From: Pseudolactococcus plantarum
GTDB taxonomy: Bacteria > Bacillota > Bacilli > Lactobacillales > Streptococcaceae
Length of the DNA: 50,644 nucleotides
Reading direction: 5' to 3'
NCBI GenBank assembly: GCA_030454995.1
Contig: JAKDQI010000001.1
Location: 1-50,644, forward strand
Under the pieces are notes generated by a model, which saw nothing but the letters and a program-made list of their open reading frames with translations, was not told the origin of the DNA and did not search any database. The number at the start of each line of letters is the position of its first letter. Position 1 is the first letter of the stretch. Positions 42,625-50,644 of this stretch are shown one piece after another. The position numbers and the translations under genes are program-made.

Positions 42625-42892
42625 CATTTAGAATTATTCATTTAAATAGAGAGATATTATCAACTCATCTCTTTTTATTTTGTGTAATTACATGGCCTAC
42701 AGCACCTATGTTATTGAGCAGTGCTTAATAAAGATAATGAAGTCACATATGAAACTTAAGTTATCTATCAGCATGTAGACGATACCTAAATAATCATCCT
42801 TTCTATTATTAAAAAATGTTATTAAATATAAAAACTCTTGTACCATCTGGCAAAGCATCTGATATGACTTATTTATAGTTCATATCTGATAG

Positions 42893-44371
<1,479 letters not shown>

Positions 44372-44410
44372 TTATAGTTATAAATCTATCTTACCAAATC
44401 CGCACATTTT

Positions 44411-44424
44411 TGTAAGCGTTTTCT
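44411..44424. promoter_or_regulatory. cre site (CcpA) upstream of bglA
   Basis: TGTAAGCGTTTTCT fits TGWAARCGYTWNCW and overlaps the -35 region of a minus-strand TG-G-TAAGAT promoter. Confidence 0.7.
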
Positions 44425-44455
44425 TTTATTTAGTTAAGATTCCAAAAAGTTGACC

Positions 44456-44495
44456 AAAAAAACACAACTGGTACACTGTGTTCCACTTGTGTTTT
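44456..44495 (-). terminator. Terminator after the RpiR regulator
   Basis: AAAACACAA-CTGG...CCA-C-TTGTGTTTT hairpin; the A-run gives a minus-strand U-tract. Confidence 0.6.
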
Positions 44496-44496
44496 C

Positions 44497-45231
44497 CTAT
44501 TCTCTATCCCATACCTTTTGTATCAATGCTTCAACTAAAAAAACAGCTTGAATTTGACTAGACATATCATGGTAAGTATTCAGGCGAATATTTGGTGTTT
44601 GATAAGACAATACATAATTTGACATCTGTGCCAAAATCGACACTTCATCAGCAGTAATCGTTATGATCGTAAAATCATCTTTATTTTTAAACGTATTAAC
44701 TACCTCGATCACTTCATTTGTTGCCCCTGAGACAGATAAAATAATGATAATATTATTAGCTGTATGTTTCAGTTTTTGTACAACTGGATAAGACAGATCG
44801 CTTAAGGCAAAAGCATTATAACCAATCGTTGCTAATCTCCTCGCCGCATAATCACAAATCGCACCACTAGCACCCATACCTAAAAACATAATGTTTTCAG
44901 CTTCAAGCATAATATCTGCAACAATTTCTAACTTCATCTCAATATTTTTAGGAAATATATCTTGTCTTAAACTTGCTAAACGATTTGCAAAATCTTGTGA
45001 GGATTGATTCCCTTCAGCACTTAGTTTTAGATTCGCTCGAAATTCAACAAAACTGGTATACCCTATCTTACGAATAAATCGCATCACTGAAGTGGATGAT
45101 GTATGAGAGGCTTCTGCAATTTCACGAATGCGCATATAAGGTACTTTACTACTATTATTTGCCAAGTAATTATAGATAAATCGATCTGTTTCTGATAATT
45201 TTGATAACTCAACATGTTCAAAAAATGACAT
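44497..45231 (-). CDS. MurR/RpiR-family transcriptional regulator
   Basis: HTH IREIAEASHTSSTSVMRFIRKIGY; SIS domain FLGMGASG, LSVSGAT. Confidence 0.9.
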   Translation of the reverse strand: MSFFEHVELSKLSETDRFIYNYLANNSSKVPYMRIREIAEASHTSSTSVMRFIRKIGYTSFVEFRANLKLSAEGNQSSQDFANRLASLRQDIFPKNIEMKLEIVADIMLEAENIMFLGMGASGAICDYAARRLATIGYNAFALSDLSYPVVQKLKHTANNIIIILSVSGATNEVIEVVNTFKNKDDFTIITITADEVSILAQMSNYVLSYQTPNIRLNTYHDMSSQIQAVFLVEALIQKVWDRE

Positions 45232-45300
45232 CAGATATCTCCCTTATAAAATAGAAACTGCTTGATAGTCGTGCTTAGTTTAGCTATTAAACAGTCATCA

Positions 45301-46317
45301 CTACGCTAATTGGTCAAAACTCAAACTAGGACGCGCATTCAAATCTAAATCAGCAAAATGTTGTTGATTATATTCACATACACTAGCATAAGCAATCATG
45401 CCTGCATTATCACCACAAAGTCTAAGGGGTGGTATCACCACATCAACGTCTAGCAGTTCTACAGCTAATCGCTCACGTAATCCTTGATTAGCAGCAACCC
45501 CACCAGCAACGACCAACATTTTAACTGGAAATTGTGCTAAAGCTTTTTTGGTTTTTGCTAATAAAACATCTAAAACAGTCGCTTGAAAACTAGCAGACAA
45601 ATCCTTCTTATCTAATGTTTCACCTTTTTGCGCTGCATTATGGACAGTATTGATAAAAGCAGACTTTAATCCTGAAAAACTAAATTCAAAGTCTGGATCA
45701 TCATGTTTCATCATCGCTCTAGGAAACGAAAATACATCCTGTCCTTGATGCGCGAGTCCATCAATCTCTCTACCTGCTGGATAAGTTAAATTCATGACTC
45801 GACCGACTTTATCATAGGCTTCACCCACGGCATCATCACGAGTCTCACCTATGATTTTATAGTCACCTGGTGCTTTAACATAGACCAACTCAGTATGTCC
45901 ACCACTCACAAGTAGTGACATCAACGGAAATTCAAGTGGTTTGACTTGTCTTGCTGCCCAGAGATGACCAGCCATATGATTAACAGGAATAATCGGTAAT
46001 TGATTTGCCCAGGCAAAAGCCTTAGCAGCTGCTATACCAACTAATAGTGCACCCACAAGTCCTGGTCCTTCAGTAACTGCTACTGCGCTCAATTCTTTAG
46101 CGGTAATGTTAGCTTCTGCCAACGCTTCATTAATACAAGTCGTAATCACTTCTACATGGTGCCGACTTGCTACTTCTGGTACTACACCGCCAAAACGTTT
46201 ATGACTTTCAATCTGGCTAGCGATGATGTTACTTAACAAGTCGTGATCATTTTTTAAAACGGCAACACTTGTTTCATCACAAGATGTTTCAAATGCTAAT
46301 ATATACTTATCTGTCAT
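45301..46317 (-). CDS. tsaD: tRNA N6-adenosine threonylcarbamoyltransferase
   Basis: [56 protein letters not shown]. Confidence 0.97.
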   Translation of the reverse strand: MTDKYILAFETSCDETSVAVLKNDHDLLSNIIASQIESHKRFGGVVPEVASRHHVEVITTCINEALAEANITAKELSAVAVTEGPGLVGALLVGIAAAKAFAWANQLPIIPVNHMAGHLWAARQVKPLEFPLMSLLVSGGHTELVYVKAPGDYKIIGETRDDAVGEAYDKVGRVMNLTYPAGREIDGLAHQGQDVFSFPRAMMKHDDPDFEFSFSGLKSAFINTVHNAAQKGETLDKKDLSASFQATVLDVLLAKTKKALAQFPVKMLVVAGGVAANQGLRERLAVELLDVDVVIPPLRLCGDNAGMIAYASVCEYNQQHFADLDLNARPSLSFDQLA

Positions 46318-46760
46318 TTCTCTCTCTTCATTAAAAGTGCATCTTCATTTGGTTTTTGGTAATAGTTTTTTCTAATGAAATAGGTCTCAAAGCCGTGTTT
46401 TTCATATAACAGACGCGCTTTTTGATTGGATTCCCGGACTTCTAAAAAGAACTTGCCCTCTTGACTTAGTAACGCTTTTAGTAATAAGCTCGCAACACCT
46501 TGATGTTGATAAGCTTTACTAACAGCCAAGTTCGTGATTTCTACTTCATCCATAATGACTGAGGTGGCAAGACATCCTATGGCAGTCCCATTTGCTTCAA
46601 AAGCTAGATAATAATTGCTATCTGCCCGGCTCATATCAGACAACGTTTGTTCAAGCGTCCAAGGTGCGCTGTCATAGACGTCTTCTAATATGGCTTGCAC
46701 CATACTAGCATAGGCCTTACCATTAGCTTTCATCCCATTTGTTTGCCTAATTTTTATCAA
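46314..46760 (-). CDS. rimI: RimI-like GNAT N-acetyltransferase (copy 2)
   Basis: PWT, ITNLAV, YQHQGVA, LEVRESN, LYEKHGF, RKNYY, EDALLM. Start uncertain (TTG 46760 or ATG 46733). Confidence 0.8.
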   Translation of the reverse strand: MIKIRQTNGMKANGKAYASMVQAILEDVYDSAPWTLEQTLSDMSRADSNYYLAFEANGTAIGCLATSVIMDEVEITNLAVSKAYQHQGVASLLLKALLSQEGKFFLEVRESNQKARLLYEKHGFETYFIRKNYYQKPNEDALLMKREK

Positions 46761-47334
46761 AACGATCGTTTAACGCTCCAAGTTTCTTGACCATCCATAA
46801 GCCATCTAATTGATTTTCATAGTAGTCAGGTAATATTTCTGTTGTTTCAAACCCTAATTGACGATACATGGCTTGAGCTGTCATATTATCTCTCATTACC
46901 TCTAAGGTAATCGTCCCCGCACCTAATAGTTGCATCAAATCACACATCCCAATCACAAGATTTGCACCAATACCTTGCCGTTGATAAGCGGTTAAAACAG
47001 CTAAATTTGAAAGATGTACAGAGGCTGTTTCTGGTATCATTCTCGCACCAATAAAACCAACAATTCGACCATCAGATTCTGCTGTCAAAAACATGGCACG
47101 GTCATTTTTCATAATCTCATGTTCAAAATGTGAAAAAGTCCAAGGTGTTTCACCAGCATAGACGTCACGTTCTATGGTCAAAAAACTGACAATATCTTCT
47201 CGCTCAGAAATACGATATCTTGTATCCCCAATCACAATATCAAGATCGACATCATCAAATGCCCGATACTTTCGAAACGAATGCTGTTCAAATTTTTTGG
47301 ATATAGTTTGCATCAGTTGCTTCATCATGTGCAT
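46747..47334 (-). CDS. RimI-like GNAT N-acetyltransferase (copy 1, N-terminally extended)
   Basis: ETPW, HLSNLAV, YQRQGIG, TLEVMRDN, YRQLGF, DYY; overlaps the tsaB end. Start may be 47328. Confidence 0.8.
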   Translation of the reverse strand: MHMMKQLMQTISKKFEQHSFRKYRAFDDVDLDIVIGDTRYRISEREDIVSFLTIERDVYAGETPWTFSHFEHEIMKNDRAMFLTAESDGRIVGFIGARMIPETASVHLSNLAVLTAYQRQGIGANLVIGMCDLMQLLGAGTITLEVMRDNMTAQAMYRQLGFETTEILPDYYENQLDGLWMVKKLGALNDRFDKN

Positions 47335-47995
47335 GTGTCTCCAGCCATTTCTCTTCTGCTTCCACTTTCTTCAAATATTCTGGTTCAAAACGATCAACCT
47401 CTACTGCTTTTTCACGACTTGCCAAACACGCAATCTGATAAGCATTAGGTAATCTGCGTTCAGGATTCTCAATAAATTTTGCTTGAGGTAATGATGCCAA
47501 GATAAGCTCTCGAAAGTTATCAATCTCTCCAGTAAAATGGACCGTTTCTTCTTGTGAAAGTTCTGATAAGAGTTGGCTAAGTGGTAGATGACGTTCTTGA
47601 TTTACGAGTTGTTCATCCTCATAAATACCTGCATAAACATTTTGTCTACGTGCATCAATCAAAGAGATAACTTTACCTTTAACACAGGCATTCGCTGCAA
47701 TTGCCGCTAAGCTTGACACACCGATAAGTTCAATACCAAGGGTACTTGCAAGTGTCTTTGCTGTCGTTACTGCTATTCTAAGTCCTGTATAGCTTCCTGG
47801 GCCTTTTGCCACAGCAATGCTATCTAAATCTGCTGGTTCAAGTCCAGCGTTAGCCATCAAGAACTCTATAGCCGGCATTAAGGTAATACTATGATTTTTT
47901 TTTATATTTAGATCTATCTTACCAAGTAAAGTCGTATCTTCTGTCAATGCGACAGATAAAGCCTGACTAGAGGTATCAAAAGCCAATCGTTTCAT
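47288..47995 (-). CDS. tsaB: tRNA threonylcarbamoyladenosine biosynthesis protein
   Basis: LAFDTS, NHS, GPGSYTGLRIAV, IDARR, EPEYLK. Confidence 0.95.
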   Translation of the reverse strand: MKRLAFDTSSQALSVALTEDTTLLGKIDLNIKKNHSITLMPAIEFLMANAGLEPADLDSIAVAKGPGSYTGLRIAVTTAKTLASTLGIELIGVSSLAAIAANACVKGKVISLIDARRQNVYAGIYEDEQLVNQERHLPLSQLLSELSQEETVHFTGEIDNFRELILASLPQAKFIENPERRLPNAYQIACLASREKAVEVDRFEPEYLKKVEAEEKWLETHAHDEATDANYIQKI

Positions 47996-48190
47996 TTCTC
48001 GTTATCTCTTCCCGTCATTTTTGCACACGATCACTAGGTTAGTGACACAATCGCTAAAACCAGTCTCCTTTTTACAGTTGTGCATGTTGAGTATATTACC
48101 ATTTTATGATAAAATATAAGTAATTGCAATAATGCGACCTCTAATCGAGGTGCCCCAGTAAACTTATCAACTGATGAATCGGAGAAAAAC

Positions 48191-48421
48191 ATGTTATTCA
48201 AAGTCTTTTATCAAGAAACAAAAAAACGTAGCCCAAAACGCGAAACAACTCACTCACTCTATTTAGAGTTACCTGTATCAGACGTCCGTGACGGTGTCAT
48301 TCAAGCACGCGAAATCATGCGCGATAATACTGAGTATCATGTAGAATTTATTGATGCGATCAGCGATGAGCAAGCTGAATACGAAAGAGAATCTGAACAC
48401 TTTAACATCACAACATTTTAA
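48191..48421 (+). CDS. rpoY: RNA polymerase epsilon subunit (YkzG family)
   Basis: MLFKVFYQE...PKRETTHSLY...YHVEFI...EYE; conserved position upstream of rnjA; SD GGAG. Confidence 0.9.
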   Translation: MLFKVFYQETKKRSPKRETTHSLYLELPVSDVRDGVIQAREIMRDNTEYHVEFIDAISDEQAEYERESEHFNITTF

Positions 48422-48431
48422 ACAACCTTAC

Positions 48432-48459
48432 AACTTGTGAGTGTCATCACAAGTTTTTT
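48432..48459 (+). terminator. Terminator-like hairpin between rpoY and rnjA
   Basis: AACTTGTGA-GTGTCA-TCACAAGTT followed by TTTT. Confidence 0.55.
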
Positions 48460-48494
48460 AATAAACTCAAAAAATTAATATAGAAAAGAGATAT

Positions 48495-50192
48495 ATGAGT
48501 AACAATAGCTACACCAATTTAGCCATAAATCCGGATGAAGTCGCTGTTTTTGCGATCGGTGGACTTGGAGAAATTGGTAAAAACACTTATGGTGTGGAAT
48601 ATCAAGATGAAATCATCATCGTTGATGCAGGGATTAAATTTCCAGAAGATGATCTGCTCGGTGTAGATTATGTTATACCAGATTATAGTTATATCGTTGA
48701 AAACCAAGACAGAATCAAAGGTGTGTTTATCACACATGGTCACGAAGATCATATCGGTGGGATTCCTTTCTTGCTAAAACAAGCTAATGTACCTATCTAT
48801 GCAGGACCATTATCGTTAGCCTTAATTCGTGGAAAACTAGAAGAGCATGGCCTTTTACGTGACGCACAACTATTCGAGATTAAACCAGACGATGAGATTG
48901 CTTTTAAACATCTAAAACTGTCATTTTTCAGAACGACACACTCGATTCCTGAACCTATCGCTATGGTAGTGGATACACCTCAAGGTAAGATTGTCGCAAC
49001 TGGTGACTTCAAATTTGACTTCACTCCCGTTGGAGATCCAGCTGACTTACACCGCATGGCTGCTTTAGGTACTGAAGGTGTCTTATTACTACTTTCTGAC
49101 TCTACGAATGCTGAAATTCCTACTTTTTCTCATTCAGAAAAAGTCGTTGGTGCATCTATCCAAAAAATATTTGAACGCATTGAAGGTCGAATCATTTTTG
49201 CCTCTTTCGCCTCAAATATCTTCCGTCTGCAACAAGCCGTTGAAGGTGCCGTTAAAACAGGCCGTAAAATCGTCGTTTTTGGTCGTTCTATGGAAAAGGC
49301 CATCGTTAACGGGATTGAACTTGGTTATATCAAAGCACCTAAAGGTACATTCATCGAACCTGGTGAGGTTAACCAGTATCAACCACACGAACTACTCATC
49401 ATGTGTACAGGATCTCAAGGTGAGCCGATGGCTGCTTTGAGCCGTATTGCAAACGGTATGCACCGTTTTGTGACCCTACAAATGGGCGACACTGTTGTCT
49501 TCTCATCTAATGCCATTCCTGGTAATACACACGGTGTCAACCAACTAATTAACCGCATCTCAGAAGCTGGTGCTAAAGTTGTCTATGGTAAGATGAATAA
49601 CATCCATACCTCAGGACATGGTGGCCAACAAGAACAAAAATTGATGCTTCGCCTCATCCAACCAAAATACTTTATGCCAGTCCATGGTGAATACCGGATG
49701 TTAAAAATACATGCTGGACTCGCACAAGATACTGGTGTGCCTAAAGAAAACTGTTTTATTTTCGAAAATGGTGATGTGCTAGCACTGACAGCTAATTCTG
49801 CACGACCTGCTGGTCATTTCAACGCACAAGATACTTATGTAGATGGCAATGGTATCGGAGATATCGGAAATGCTGTTTTACGTGACCGTCATGAACTTTC
49901 AGAAGATGGTGTGGTTCTAGCAGTTGCAACCGTTGACTTCAAGAGTAAGATGATCCTTGCTGGACCAGATATGCTAAGCCGTGGCTTTATCTATATGCGT
50001 GAATCTGGTGATTTGATCCGCTCAGGACAACGTGTTTTATTTAATGCCATCCGTAAAGCGATGAATGCTGAAAATGCAAATGAAGCAAGCGTTGCACGTG
50101 CGATGACAGATGCGATCAAACCTTTCTTCTATCGTGAATTAGAACGCGAACCAATCGTCATCCCGATGATCTTAACACCTGATAAAAAATAA
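48495..50192 (+). CDS. rnjA: Ribonuclease J1
   Basis: [18 protein letters not shown] metallo-beta-lactamase motif, THSIP, GDFKFD, HTSGHG, PVHGE; follows rpoY. Confidence 0.96.
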   Translation: MSNNSYTNLAINPDEVAVFAIGGLGEIGKNTYGVEYQDEIIIVDAGIKFPEDDLLGVDYVIPDYSYIVENQDRIKGVFITHGHEDHIGGIPFLLKQANVPIYAGPLSLALIRGKLEEHGLLRDAQLFEIKPDDEIAFKHLKLSFFRTTHSIPEPIAMVVDTPQGKIVATGDFKFDFTPVGDPADLHRMAALGTEGVLLLLSDSTNAEIPTFSHSEKVVGASIQKIFERIEGRIIFASFASNIFRLQQAVEGAVKTGRKIVVFGRSMEKAIVNGIELGYIKAPKGTFIEPGEVNQYQPHELLIMCTGSQGEPMAALSRIANGMHRFVTLQMGDTVVFSSNAIPGNTHGVNQLINRISEAGAKVVYGKMNNIHTSGHGGQQEQKLMLRLIQPKYFMPVHGEYRMLKIHAGLAQDTGVPKENCFIFENGDVLALTANSARPAGHFNAQDTYVDGNGIGDIGNAVLRDRHELSEDGVVLAVATVDFKSKMILAGPDMLSRGFIYMRESGDLIRSGQRVLFNAIRKAMNAENANEASVARAMTDAIKPFFYRELEREPIVIPMILTPDKK

Positions 50193-50206
50193 ACATCGAG
50201 ACATTA

Positions 50207-50239
50207 AAAGACTAAGCTGTGGTGGCTTAGCCTTTTTTT
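50207..50239 (+). terminator. Intrinsic terminator after rnjA
   Basis: AAAGACTAAGC...GCTTAGCCTTT followed by a T-run. Confidence 0.75.
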
Positions 50240-50312
50240 GAACATTTTTTATAGAAATGATGATGCGTAAACATAACCTTTTCATTATTTTTTACGATAT
50301 CTATACGCAAGA

Positions 50313-50644
50313 TTATCTTCTACTGATACCTGCTGATATTAAAGAAACGATACATGAACCAGAAATAGCAATGTAACTCATTTCTTCTTTCGTATTTTTT
50401 GCTTCCTAAAGTAATCGACTCTTTTCATAGATTAACATTAACATCAAAGCAAGTAATAAGGCGTAAAGCGAGTATAAGATGCTCCACCATATGCCAGTAA
50501 CAAGCATATATTTTCCTTTGCACACCATATAGAACACATTCTATATTACTGACTATTTTTATAATTAAAAACGATCATCATGGCAACAATATACATATTT
50601 ATGACACTAACAGTGATTGAAGGATAAAAGATGACGCCTATGAA
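50313..50644 (-). pseudogene. Possible degraded membrane-protein gene running off the window edge
   Basis: Manual translation gives hydrophobic fragments (FIGVIFYPSITVSVINMYIVAMMIVF; MLVTGIWWSILYSLYALLLALMLMLIYE; MSYIAISGSCIVSLISAGI) separated by a frame change and an in-frame TAG at 50406-50408. Confidence 0.3.

Overview
Chromosomal, mostly housekeeping segment of a low-GC lactic acid bacterium. Gene content and order (cdaA-cdaR-glmM, nifJ, mleR/mleS/mleP, lmrCD-like ABC pair, tsaB-rimI-rimI-tsaD, rpoY-rnjA) fit Streptococcaceae, probably a Lactococcus/Pseudolactococcus; this is an inference by eye with no database search. It holds 38 intact CDS and a probably degraded membrane-protein gene at the right edge. 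I saw no rRNA, tRNA, CRISPR array, transposase, integrase or phage gene. Two loci are the best candidates for an uncharacterised system. (1) A translationally coupled operon at 37453-41115 encodes a MacB/FtsX-type ABC permease, its ATPase and a kinase-less membrane protein with about five PASTA repeats. (2) An operon at 84-3407, preceded by a CodY-like box, encodes a peptidase-C26 gamma-glutamyl hydrolase, an APC permease and a cystathionine lyase, suggesting scavenging of gamma-glutamyl-cysteine-type compounds. Non-coding signals worth checking are an attenuator-like lmrCD leader, a structured pgi leader, MocR-type operators, two apparently leaderless genes and a terminator-like hairpin between rpoY and rnjA.
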